Assembly: GCA_028286605.1 (NCBI GenBank)
Contig: JAQBRE010000002.1
Location: 326,011 to 390,010 of the forward strand
Source: Parcubacteria group bacterium
Lineage (GTDB): Bacteria; Patescibacteriota; Minisyncoccia; Phycocordibacterales; Phycocordibacteraceae
Length of the DNA stretch: 64,000 nucleotides
Reading direction: 5' to 3'
Each line of letters begins with the position of its first letter. The stretch's first letter is position 1. Of the stretch, positions 1-8,782 are shown one piece after another. The translations under genes were made by a program, and so were the position numbers. The notes below the pieces were generated by a model. The model saw only the letters and a program-made list of their open reading frames with translations. It was not told the DNA's origin and searched no databases.

Positions 1-1512
1 TTTACGAACGGTCAGGGATGGGTGAATCCAGGAACGGCTTCCTATCTATCTGGTACGGTAACTCCACCAGCGATTTCCGCAATTTCAGTCGGCTCAATCG
101 CTACCACAAGCGCGACGGTAGCATGGACCACCGACGTTCTTGGTTCGTCCCGAGTTAGTTACGGTCCTACATCAACCTATAGCGCTTCAACGACCCAGAC
201 TGATACGAGCCCGCGCGTTATGTCGCACAGTGTCGCTCTTGCTAACCTCGTCTCGTGTTCTACCTATCATTATCAAGTCGACTCTATCGGCGCATCTTCG
301 AACGAAGCTACATCGAGTGATCAGACCTTCACGACGACGTGTCCAGGATCGGTGGCCATTACGTCTTCTACAGCGGCTCCTATTACTACGGGTGCCGGAG
401 GCACACTCGTCTTCGGAAGTACCAGTGTGACCGTTCCAACCTCATACACTGGCACCACTACCAGCGCAACTTTTGCAGCACAGCAACTCGACCCTACGAG
501 CTTCTTCGCTGCGGCAAGCAGGCCTGTAGGAATGAGTTCTGTTGGTGGCTATGTTGTGGATCTCAAAGCTTTCGTTACCGCGACGACGACACTGAGCACG
601 TTCACTCATCCGATCAGCGTCATTCTTACCTACAACCCAAGCGATGTCGCACATATCGATATTTCTTCACTTCTGATATATCGCTACGATGTCGGGACAG
701 GATGGACTGCGCTTACTGGCTGCGTAACCGACACAGGAGCGCATACGGTTACGTGTCAGACATCCAACTTCTCGGACTTCTCACTCTTCGGAACAGCAAC
801 GGCTAGTACGCCGATAGCTACAGGCCTCACCTCATCAACGAGTGGTCGCACCTCAGGCGGCGTCACCTACGGCTGTAAGGACACGAATGCAACTAACTAC
901 AACGCATTCTCCGGAAGCAATCCTGCACTCTGCGTCTACGCGAACGGTTCAGGTTCTGCACAGTCGGGTAGCACTGCCAGCAGCGTATTCACTCGCGACC
1001 TCACCCTGAAGAGTTCAGGCTCCGATGTTACCGCGCTTCAGACGTTGCTTATCGCGAAGGGATACCTGGCAGCAGGCAACACCACCGGATACTTCGGCGC
1101 CATGACGCAGACAGCGCTTATGCAGATGCAAGCAGCTGTGGGTATCAGTCCTTCTACCGGATACTTCGGTGCCAAGACTCGCGCTGCAGTTGGTGGAACC
1201 ACGGTATCTGCTTCAGTGAACACCACCGCCGTTGCAACCGCACCTACAGGAACTACGGCTCCAGTATCCGGCTCATTCACCCGTGACCTCACCATTGCTT
1301 CGACCGGTGCAGACGTATCAGCTCTTCAGGCCTTCCTGAACGCGAACGGTTACGCCGTCGCGCAGACGGGTCCCGGTTCTTCCGGTCACGAGACGACGAT
1401 GTTCGGCTTTGCAACGCAGGCAGCGCTCGCGCGCTTCCAGACTGCAGACGGCATCGTTCCTGCTACCGGATACTTCGGCGCGAAGACGCGCGCGGCGATT
1501 TCGGGGAAGTAA
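1..1512 (+). CDS. Secreted cell-wall-associated protein with an FN3-like domain and C-terminal peptidoglycan-binding (PG_binding_1-type) repeats. The 5' end is probably truncated by the window edge, since frame 1 is open from nt 1.
   Basis: N-terminal pattern TVAWTT...VSYG...YHYQV is typical of FN3/purple-acid-phosphatase N domains. Two repeats of FTRDLT..G.DV.ALQ..L...GY....TGYFG..T..A match the PG-binding domain. The ORF has no stop upstream to nt 1. Confidence 0.6.
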   Translation, partial: FTNGQGWVNPGTASYLSGTVTPPAISAISVGSIATTSATVAWTTDVLGSSRVSYGPTSTYSASTTQTDTSPRVMSHSVALANLVSCSTYHYQVDSIGASSNEATSSDQTFTTTCPGSVAITSSTAAPITTGAGGTLVFGSTSVTVPTSYTGTTTSATFAAQQLDPTSFFAAASRPVGMSSVGGYVVDLKAFVTATTTLSTFTHPISVILTYNPSDVAHIDISSLLIYRYDVGTGWTALTGCVTDTGAHTVTCQTSNFSDFSLFGTATASTPIATGLTSSTSGRTSGGVTYGCKDTNATNYNAFSGSNPALCVYANGSGSAQSGSTASSVFTRDLTLKSSGSDVTALQTLLIAKGYLAAGNTTGYFGAMTQTALMQMQAAVGISPSTGYFGAKTRAAVGGTTVSASVNTTAVATAPTGTTAPVSGSFTRDLTIASTGADVSALQAFLNANGYAVAQTGPGSSGHETTMFGFATQAALARFQTADGIVPATGYFGAKTRAAISGK

Positions 1513-1516
1513 CAAA

Positions 1517-1538
1517 CGCGCCCCTGGGAAGGGGCGCG
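1517..1538. terminator. Bidirectional hairpin terminator between convergent genes
   Basis: 9 bp GC-rich stem cgcgcccct/aggggcgcg with a 4 nt loop. T-rich on the minus-strand side. Confidence 0.5.
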
Positions 1539-1562
1539 AGGCGTTATAAAAACTTTTGATCA

Positions 1563-1850
1563 CTAGGGATCAGGACTGCCGGGTTCGTCGGCGATAAACA
1601 GCTCCACTCGGTGAACCCATGGTTCTTGCGGAATGTCGCTCAGTAGTCCGAACACCTTCTCCCATTCTTCGTGCACGACAGATCCGGCCGTGCGCTCTTC
1701 AAGGCGGTGCTCGATATCTACGAATGCGTCAATGACGCGCCTATAGTTCGCTGATGTTTCCGGAATCCATAGCGAGGCAGTGTGGAGTCTTCGAAGAAGG
1801 ATGCCAGGCGATCCTTCGCGTGCATGAGCAATCGTTCGTGCGCTAAGCAT
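1563..1850 (-). CDS. Hypothetical protein (95 aa)
   Basis: ORF with non-biased composition and no recognised motif. It is co-directional with msrAB. Confidence 0.4.
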   Translation of the reverse strand: MLSARTIAHAREGSPGILLRRLHTASLWIPETSANYRRVIDAFVDIEHRLEERTAGSVVHEEWEKVFGLLSDIPQEPWVHRVELFIADEPGSPDP

Positions 1851-1985
1851 CTCTTCCTCCTTTCCTATTGTGAGAAGAACTCGTTCCTATTTTTTATAGC
1901 ACGCATATGCCTGTGCAAATGTGCATGCGCACCCGCAAAACAAAAGAAGCCAGACAAATGTCTAGCTTCAGGCGAAAGGGAATTA

Positions 1986-2210
1986 TTAGCGAGTGATGTT
2001 GGCGACGCGAGGGAGGGAAGGTTCAGCATTCATTCCGGAGAATTGAATAGCACTGGCTGCACCTGCGATCTGCGAGCCTACATTTGCTGATACTTCGCCG
2101 GCTTTCAGAAATGCGACGATCGTATTCTGAAGCTGGCTGAATATAACAGGAACGAGAAGCTGAAGAATAAGGATGGTAACACCGAGACCGAATGCACGAA
2201 AGATGGACAT
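1986..2210 (-). CDS. Small hydrophobic 2-TM membrane protein (74 aa), hypothetical
   Basis: Two hydrophobic segments (FGLGVTILILQLLVPVIF; GSQIAGAASAIQF). No motif recognised. Confidence 0.35.
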   Translation of the reverse strand: MSIFRAFGLGVTILILQLLVPVIFSQLQNTIVAFLKAGEVSANVGSQIAGAASAIQFSGMNAEPSLPRVANITR

Positions 2211-2333
2211 GGCGTGGTGGTTGTTTGATAAGCGTGGAATCTGGGAAGATTACACACGCGAAATTCGTACGAATTTCAACCGATCCTTTTCAAGCTCCTT
2301 CCGCTATATAGAACCTGCCGCTTAGGGCAAAGG

Positions 2334-2903
2334 TTACAGCCCCTTATCCTTCAGTAACTGAGCGTAGTGTTCCTGCACTTTCTGCAGCTTCGGCGCGATT
2401 ATCACCTGACAATATCCCTGCTGCTTGTTGTTCGCGTAGTAGTTCTTGTGATAGTCCTCGGCAGGGTAGAAGGTAGCGTCTTCTTCGATGGTTGTGACGA
2501 TCGGGTCGCCGTCCGGTGATGAATCACTCAACTCTTTTATGAATGCTTCCGTGTCTGCGCGCTGGTCAGGAGTCGTGGGGAATACGACGGAACGATACTG
2601 CGTGCCTATATCGTTACCCTGACGGTTCAGCTGTGTTGCATCGTGCGAGCCGAAGAAGACGGTGAGCAGATCTTTGTACGAAACCTGCGATGGATCGAAC
2701 TCGATTCGTATCACTTCTGCATGGCCTGTCGTACCGGTACAGACTTCCTGGTAGGTGGGATTCGGGGAACGTCCGCCGGCATAGCCAGGTTCCACGGATG
2801 TCACGCCTTTGAGCATCTTGAATACGGCTTCCGTGCACCAGAAGCAGCCGCCGCCGAATAGTGCTACCTCAGTCATGCTGGTCCTCTTCTTTCTCGAACT
2901 CAA
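2334..2903 (-). CDS. msrA: Peptide methionine sulfoxide reductase MsrA
   Basis: Active-site motif GGGCFWCTE near the N-terminus. Length 189 aa. Confidence 0.9.
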   Translation of the reverse strand: MSSRKKRTSMTEVALFGGGCFWCTEAVFKMLKGVTSVEPGYAGGRSPNPTYQEVCTGTTGHAEVIRIEFDPSQVSYKDLLTVFFGSHDATQLNRQGNDIGTQYRSVVFPTTPDQRADTEAFIKELSDSSPDGDPIVTTIEEDATFYPAEDYHKNYYANNKQQGYCQVIIAPKLQKVQEHYAQLLKDKGL

Positions 2904-3276
2904 GGCTCACCGAGTTGATGCAATAGCGCTTGCCGCCTTTGTCTGCAGGGCCATCATCGAACACGTGACCGAGGTGGCTATTGCAATGTTTGCAGAACAC
3001 TTCGGTGCGATGCATGCCGTGCGCGTCATCGGAACGGGTGCCGACGTTCTCGGCGACTGCCGGATCAGTGAAAGAAGGCCAGCCGCTCTTAGAATCGAAC
3101 TTCGAGTCGGATGAAAAGAGCACATTTCCGCAGACCTTGCAGCGGTACATGCCATGCTCGTGATTATCTACATAGATGCCTTTAAACGGGGCTTCTGTGC
3201 CGCCTTCGCGCAGAACGTTATATTCTTCGGGGGTCAGTTTCTGACGAATCTCATCTTCGTTCATAGGTTCATTCAT
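2869..3276 (-). CDS. msrB: Peptide methionine-R-sulfoxide reductase MsrB
   Basis: Zn-binding CxxC pairs (CKVCG...CKHCNSHLGHVF) and RYCINS catalytic motif. Overlaps msrA by 35 nt, forming an operon. Confidence 0.9.
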   Translation of the reverse strand: MNEPMNEDEIRQKLTPEEYNVLREGGTEAPFKGIYVDNHEHGMYRCKVCGNVLFSSDSKFDSKSGWPSFTDPAVAENVGTRSDDAHGMHRTEVFCKHCNSHLGHVFDDGPADKGGKRYCINSVSLEFEKEEDQHD

Positions 3277-3327
3277 GTGCTAATTATACCCCTGACAAAG
3301 GCCTCCCGATAGGCTAGGATTAAGGGA

Positions 3328-3810
3328 ATGACCCGCACGGCTCTCCTCTGCCTCCTCCTCGTGCTGACGTTCCTGGGCCTTGCAGATGCGTGGTATCTGA
3401 CACAGGCAGCACTTAATGGAACAGCGCTCGCATGCAGCTTTACCGGACTTCAGGCGCTCAGCGGATGTAATCAGGTTGCGCAGAGTCCGTTCTCTCATTT
3501 CCTTGGTCTGCCTCTCGCGCTTTACGGTGTCGTGTTCTATGTGGTGTTGTTCGTAATCGCTGCGGTTCTATTCGTCGTACACGCACGGATGCTGTATCGC
3601 GCGACAATCGCGCTCGGCATCATTGGGTTCGTACTTTCGTTGTATTTCGTGTTCCTGCAGATTTTCGTAATCAAGGCGCTCTGCGTTTACTGCCTCGCTT
3701 CGATGGTGATCGCGCTTTTTATCTTCTTCGTTACGTGGCGATTGTGGAAGCGCTTCGCGGTGGTGAAAGTTTCAGAGCCGGTCGTACCCACTGTGTCGAT
3801 AGTTTCATAA
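3328..3810 (+). CDS. Vitamin K epoxide reductase (VKOR) family membrane protein
   Basis: About 4 TM helices with a loop Cys pair (CSF...SGC) and a membrane-embedded CVYC redox motif. It is a functional analogue of DsbB. Confidence 0.6.
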   Translation: MTRTALLCLLLVLTFLGLADAWYLTQAALNGTALACSFTGLQALSGCNQVAQSPFSHFLGLPLALYGVVFYVVLFVIAAVLFVVHARMLYRATIALGIIGFVLSLYFVFLQIFVIKALCVYCLASMVIALFIFFVTWRLWKRFAVVKVSEPVVPTVSIVS

Positions 3811-3817
3811 TATTCGT

Positions 3818-4984
3818 ATGCAGGCACGACGCATCATTCTTCCCGCACTCTTGATACTGATGCTTCCGGCCTTTGCGAATGCCGCGACATTCGCCGAACA
3901 GAAGACGCTCGTTCTTTCTGCGGCGCCTCCGGATAACACGTACCTTGCCGGCGCAAGTGTAACGGTGAGTGCTCCATTGCCTGCTGATCTTTCAGCAGCA
4001 GGCGGCACTGTAACGACATATTCGCCGATTGGAGGTGATGCGCTTATTGCAGGCGGTACGGTAGATTTGCAGCAGGCCGTTGCAGGCGACGTGCGCGCGG
4101 TTGGCGGACGCATCATGATTGATGCGCCGGTGGCCGGCGACGTAGTCGCCGGTGGAGCAACGATAAACGTTTCTGCGCCAGCGCGTGATATGCGCCTGTT
4201 CGGCGTGAACGTGCAGGCAACGGGCGGTGCGTACGGACCGGTCACTATCTACGGGGCAGACGTAACGCTTGCGGGAAATTATGACGGTGATGTGGAGGTA
4301 ATCGCTTCAGACCACTTCACGGTTGGCCCGAATACGCACATTCATGGCGTGCTGAAATACAATGCACCTCAGCAGGCTGAGATTCCTGCATCATCCATCG
4401 TGGATGGGGGAGTAACGTACACGGGCTCCTACGCATACGTACCGACGAATGCAGAAGCGCAGAAGTTCGCGATTGCCGGCGCGGGAGTATTCTTCATTGT
4501 GCGGGCGCTTGCGGTGATGATAGCGGCCGGCCTCCTGGCCGGCCTGTTCCCGCAATTCAGCGAAGCGCTCGCCACACGCATATTCACGCGCCGCTACGCA
4601 CGCACGAGCCTGCTCGCACTTCTTGGCTTCGGCGTGCTTATCGCCACGCCCGTTCTTATTCTGCTTCTCACGGTTTCATTCGTGGGCGGCGGCCTCGCAT
4701 TACTGCTCGGTTCTGGGTATGTCTTCCTTATTTTCCTTTCCTACATATACACGGGCATTCTTGCGGGAGGCGCGCTTCGTCAACTAATTACGAAGCGATC
4801 CGCTACGCTCATCTCCTGGCAGGATGCTCTCGCCGGCACTCTCGTATTTTTCATACTCGGTAGCATTCCCTACTTAGGCGGCATCATCACGCTCATCGCA
4901 GTGTGTCTTACGCTTGGCTTCATGGTCTCTGGTCTATACTTATTCACATTCCGCAGGGATACCTCGTGGCAGGAATCACTCTAA
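3818..4984 (+). CDS. Membrane protein with N-terminal signal peptide, extracytoplasmic beta-solenoid-like G-D-V repeat region and C-terminal polytopic membrane domain
   Basis: Signal peptide LLILMLPAFANA. Repeats AGDVRAVGG / AGDVVAGG / GADVTLAG. Four C-terminal hydrophobic helices. Confidence 0.45.
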   Translation: MQARRIILPALLILMLPAFANAATFAEQKTLVLSAAPPDNTYLAGASVTVSAPLPADLSAAGGTVTTYSPIGGDALIAGGTVDLQQAVAGDVRAVGGRIMIDAPVAGDVVAGGATINVSAPARDMRLFGVNVQATGGAYGPVTIYGADVTLAGNYDGDVEVIASDHFTVGPNTHIHGVLKYNAPQQAEIPASSIVDGGVTYTGSYAYVPTNAEAQKFAIAGAGVFFIVRALAVMIAAGLLAGLFPQFSEALATRIFTRRYARTSLLALLGFGVLIATPVLILLLTVSFVGGGLALLLGSGYVFLIFLSYIYTGILAGGALRQLITKRSATLISWQDALAGTLVFFILGSIPYLGGIITLIAVCLTLGFMVSGLYLFTFRRDTSWQESL

Positions 4985-4996
4985 TTTATCTACTCT

Positions 4997-5470
4997 ATGG
5001 CACTACCAACCATCGGTTCTATCGCTCCCGATTTTACGCTTGAAGATCAAGATGGCGTAGAACATTCGCTTTCGCAATATAAAGGGAAATACGTACTCGT
5101 CTATTTCTATCCGAAAGACGACACTCCTGGCTGCACGAAAGAAGCCTGCTTGCTTGGCGAATATATGCCGGATTTCTCGAAGAGCGATGCGGTGATACTC
5201 GGCATATCTCCGGACACTGTTAAGAGCCATAAGAAGTTCGCAGAGAAGTACGGACTGAAGTTTACATTGCTCGCAGACCCGGAAAAGAAATCAATCAGCG
5301 CATACGATGTGTGGGGCCTGAAGAAGTTCATGGGCAAAGAATACGAAGGAGTATTCCGTACGTCGTTCCTGGTTGCGCCAGATGGAACCGTAGCTAAGGT
5401 GTACGAAAATGTGAAGCCAGAAAAGCACGCAGAGGAAGTGCTCGCAGACCTGCAGGAACTTCACGGATAA
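4997..5470 (+). CDS. bcp: Thiol peroxidase / peroxiredoxin Bcp
   Basis: FYPKDDTPGCTKEAC peroxiredoxin active-site motif. 157 aa. Confidence 0.85.
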   Translation: MALPTIGSIAPDFTLEDQDGVEHSLSQYKGKYVLVYFYPKDDTPGCTKEACLLGEYMPDFSKSDAVILGISPDTVKSHKKFAEKYGLKFTLLADPEKKSISAYDVWGLKKFMGKEYEGVFRTSFLVAPDGTVAKVYENVKPEKHAEEVLADLQELHG

Positions 5471-5472
5471 TC

Positions 5473-6141
5473 ATGGCTGAAGGGAAGTTCGAAGAACGAA
5501 AAGCGCGAGCGAAGAAGATGCTTGCGTACTTGAAGAAGGCGTATCCGGAACCGAAAACGGAACTCACCTACAAGACGCCGATACAGCTCGTTGCGAGCGT
5601 TATGCTTTCGGCACAGTCTACCGACAAGCGGGTGAATCTCGTTACCGATACGCTATGGAAAAAATATAAGACGGTGGACGATCTTGCGAATGCGGACCTG
5701 GCTGAATTCACGAAAGAGATTTCAAGCATCACATTTTATAGAAATAAGGCGAAGGCGATTATCGGCACCGCGAAGATGATCCGTAATGAGTTCGGCGGAA
5801 AGATTCCCAAAACGGAAAAGGAACTCGTGCTGCTTCCTGGCATCGCGTATAAATCTGCGCACGTGATCATGGGTGAGTTGCACGGCATATACGAAGGCAT
5901 ACCGACCGACACGCACGTGCGGCGTTTCGCGCTCCGTTTCGATCTTACCGACAGCAAAGACCTCACGAAGATTTCGAAAGATCTCGAAGCATTGATTCAG
6001 AAGTCAGATTGGAAATACGTGAACAACGGTCTGGTGTTGTATGGACGCTATGTATGTAGGGCGTTACCGCACCCGTGCGAAGACCATCCGCTCACCAAGA
6101 TCTGGCCGCCTGCCGCGCATCGCTGGCCCAAGGCGAAATAG
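5473..6141 (+). CDS. nth: Endonuclease III family DNA glycosylase (HhH-GPD)
   Basis: FYRNKAK, LPGIAYKSAHVIM (HhH) and DTHV motifs. Only 2 of the usual 4 Fe-S cluster cysteines are present at the C-terminus. Confidence 0.75.
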   Translation: MAEGKFEERKARAKKMLAYLKKAYPEPKTELTYKTPIQLVASVMLSAQSTDKRVNLVTDTLWKKYKTVDDLANADLAEFTKEISSITFYRNKAKAIIGTAKMIRNEFGGKIPKTEKELVLLPGIAYKSAHVIMGELHGIYEGIPTDTHVRRFALRFDLTDSKDLTKISKDLEALIQKSDWKYVNNGLVLYGRYVCRALPHPCEDHPLTKIWPPAAHRWPKAK

Positions 6142-6143
6142 CT

Positions 6144-6953
6144 ATGGAGGTTCGTGCATTCAGGAAAACTATATGGGATTTTTATAAGAAGCAGGGAAGG
6201 CATGATCTTCCGTGGCGAACGACGACGGACCCGTACAAGATCCTCGTTTCAGAAGTGATGCTGCAGCAGACGCAGGTGGAAAGAGTTTGCAGCTATTACG
6301 CAGCGTGGCTAAAACAGTTTCCGAACGTGAAGGCGCTCGCGGCTTCGCCGCTCGCCGACGTACTAACCGCGTGGCAAGGTCTCGGCTATAACCGGCGCGC
6401 GAAGATGCTGCACGATGCAGCAAAGGTAGTGGTACGAGAATACAAAGGAAAGATGCCGACCAATCCGGAACTGCTGGTAAAGTTGCCTGGCGTCGGCCCG
6501 TATACAGCGCGTGCGGTCGCAGCATTCAGTACGAATGCAGATGTCGTATTCATCGAGACGAATCTGCGCACCGTCGTATTGCATCATTTCTTTCCGAAGA
6601 AAAAGGTAGTGAGTGATGCAGAAATCCTTGAGGTTCTGACAGATGCCTTTCCTAAAGGAAAGGCTCGCGAATGGTATGCCGCACTTATGGACTACGGCTC
6701 GTACCTGAAGCGGAGCGGCGTAAGGGTGAATGCAAAGAGCAAGACGTATGCGAAGCAGTCTGCGTTTAGCGGCTCTGGGCGCGAAGCACGTGGTGCCGTG
6801 TTGAGAGAGCTTGCGAAAGGAGCGGTAACGCAGAAGCGCCTTGTTGGCTTGCTTGGTGATGACCGTACGGCACAAATCAGCGAGCAGCTTATGAAGCTGC
6901 TCGCTGAAGGGATGGTACAGAAAAGCGGCGTGCGCTATTCGCTTCCACGCTAA
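6144..6953 (+). CDS. A/G-specific adenine glycosylase (MutY)-like HhH-GPD protein without a NUDIX-like C-terminal domain
   Basis: LPWR...PY.ILVSEVMLQQTQV and GLGYNRRAKMLH, LPGVGPYTA motifs. The ATG at 6144 directly follows the nth stop. The longer ORF from 6075 overlaps nth. Confidence 0.7.
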   Translation: MEVRAFRKTIWDFYKKQGRHDLPWRTTTDPYKILVSEVMLQQTQVERVCSYYAAWLKQFPNVKALAASPLADVLTAWQGLGYNRRAKMLHDAAKVVVREYKGKMPTNPELLVKLPGVGPYTARAVAAFSTNADVVFIETNLRTVVLHHFFPKKKVVSDAEILEVLTDAFPKGKAREWYAALMDYGSYLKRSGVRVNAKSKTYAKQSAFSGSGREARGAVLRELAKGAVTQKRLVGLLGDDRTAQISEQLMKLLAEGMVQKSGVRYSLPR

Positions 6954-8143
6954 ACACGGTTCGCATCTACGTGCGTCATCTGGCGTACGGGGCGGAAACT
7001 GCGCACATGGGTCGCCGTAATCATGCCGACGAGCATCACGATTAAGCCCATGCATACGAAGAATATTTGGTATGTGCTGATAAGCAGGAAGATGCTGCCG
7101 ACAACCGGGGCAATCAGCGCGCTCAAGGGGCGCATCATGCGGAACACACTTACGGTGTCCGCGTCCCGTTCTGATACGCGACGGAAGAAATGTCCTTCAG
7201 TCATAGCCTCGACGAGCGCAGCACCGACGCGGCTGATGAACAGGATAAGCAAGATGATGAGGATAGAGGTACTTGCGGTGACGTACGCGATGAGTGCGAA
7301 TGCGGTGCCCATAATTATGAAGCCCGCAATGAGCAGCGCGCGATCACCGAGCTTCGTATCTGCAAGGATTCCTGCTGGATACTCCACCAGCACGAACGGT
7401 GCAAGCATAAGTGCGAATACCCAGCCAAGCTCGCTCCAGGGGATGCCAAGCACCGTATGCAGATAGAGTGGTATATATAGCTGCGCGAACTGATAGAAGG
7501 TCTGCAACATGAGCATAGATGCGGCGATGGCACGCAGGTCTGAATCTTTCATCACGTTGCGGATCGCTTCACGCGTACTGCTCTTGATCGCAGTGAGGCC
7601 GTGCGGCAGTTTCGCGCCAAACATAAGCAGGATGAATGGAACGAGCGAAAGGGAAGCGACGAAGAATATGCGGTCGTAGCGGTCGCCGCCATCCAGAAGC
7701 GTACCGATAATCAGAGGTGCCACGAGTAAAGCAGTATTACCTGCGGTGAGGAATGCAGTACGTATGCGGCCGGTCGAATTCTCATTCTCAACCGTTGCTT
7801 CAACGAGGATGTCGAGCTGATACGCAAGCAATGGTGCAATTGCGCAGGTAAGCGCGGCAAGTACGATGGCAGCGAACGGCGTCGGCGAAAGCGCAAGGCA
7901 AAGTAGTATGAATGCCTGCAGCAGACTGAAACCTAGGGCAAGCTGTTGTGCGCCGTATCTGCGCACGAGTTTCGGTATGAACGGAAATACTATCAAGGTT
8001 ACTACTGCGCCGAATGATATGACGAAGCCGGTAAGCGAGGCTGGCATGAACATGGCCAAATACGGGCCGAGCACGTACACGATAAGAAAGAAGTACGCAG
8101 ACGCGAAGAAATTACCGAACGAAAGTATCCGACGCGTGCGCAT
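6950..8143 (-). CDS. MFS-family transporter
   Basis: About 12 predicted TM helices in a 6+6 arrangement, 397 aa. Confidence 0.7.
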   Translation of the reverse strand: MRTRRILSFGNFFASAYFFLIVYVLGPYLAMFMPASLTGFVISFGAVVTLIVFPFIPKLVRRYGAQQLALGFSLLQAFILLCLALSPTPFAAIVLAALTCAIAPLLAYQLDILVEATVENENSTGRIRTAFLTAGNTALLVAPLIIGTLLDGGDRYDRIFFVASLSLVPFILLMFGAKLPHGLTAIKSSTREAIRNVMKDSDLRAIAASMLMLQTFYQFAQLYIPLYLHTVLGIPWSELGWVFALMLAPFVLVEYPAGILADTKLGDRALLIAGFIIMGTAFALIAYVTASTSILIILLILFISRVGAALVEAMTEGHFFRRVSERDADTVSVFRMMRPLSALIAPVVGSIFLLISTYQIFFVCMGLIVMLVGMITATHVRSFRPVRQMTHVDANRV

Positions 8144-8306
8144 GATTCACTCATTCTAGCATTCACATTCAATCCACAGGCTTTTGATATATTGTGCGCC
8201 TATGCGAAAACGTTTGAAACCCTGTGGTATTTAATTACATTCCGCACGAAATAGTTTATAAATTCTTTAGAATTACTTTATCTCCGTGCTGTATACTCGC
8301 GGAGCC

Positions 8307-8696
8307 ATGTCCTACGAAAAGAATTTTGATAGTTGGAATGAATCAAAGAAAACACTTGAGCACGGGCCTATTTTGCACTATGGTCATCCCGGCGAGGTGT
8401 GGTGGTGTTCTTTGGGAATTAATCTTGGTGTAGAAGTAGACGGCAGGAATGATAACTTCGAAAGACCTGTAGTGGTGTTGCGGACATATAATCGAGAATC
8501 TCTACTTGTCCTGCCACTTACCAGCAAAGAGAAGAATGACAGATTTCATCATCCTATTCACTTTGGGAAATACACGTCTTGGGCAAAACTTACGCAAGTT
8601 CGAGTTGTGAGCGCCAAGCGTCTTTTGCGCAAACTAGACTCAATAGATGAGAATGAGTTTTCCTTGTTAAGGAAAGCATGGATTGATTCTCAATAA
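8307..8696 (+). CDS. MazF/PemK-family endoribonuclease-like toxin paralog 1 (orphan, no adjacent antitoxin)
   Basis: GEVWWCSLG.N.G.E.DG...FERPVVVL....RESLLVLPLTSK matches the Kid/PemK/MazF fold signature (RP.lV.. / vP.TS). It sits in a low-GC islet. A TATACT -10 is 11 nt before the ATG at 8307, which suggests a leaderless mRNA. The track's GTG start at 8286 is also possible. Confidence 0.6.
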   Translation: MSYEKNFDSWNESKKTLEHGPILHYGHPGEVWWCSLGINLGVEVDGRNDNFERPVVVLRTYNRESLLVLPLTSKEKNDRFHHPIHFGKYTSWAKLTQVRVVSAKRLLRKLDSIDENEFSLLRKAWIDSQ

Positions 8697-8704
8697 TAAA
8701 CGAA

Positions 8705-8730
8705 TACCCGCAGAAATGCGGGTATTCTCG
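8705..8730 (+). terminator. Rho-independent terminator after mazF-like 1
   Basis: gaatacccgc-agaaa-tgcgggtattc hairpin. Confidence 0.55.
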
Positions 8731-8782
8731 AGGACCGAGCCCTAATAGACCTATTCTAACAAATCAGTGTCTGCTGCGTCAA

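Noticed and set aside
1782-2090. 102 aa plus-strand ORF in the 1851..2333 intergenic region
   Set aside because: Cys/Leu-rich odd composition. It overlaps the minus-strand small membrane ORF and the divergent promoter region. No RBS.
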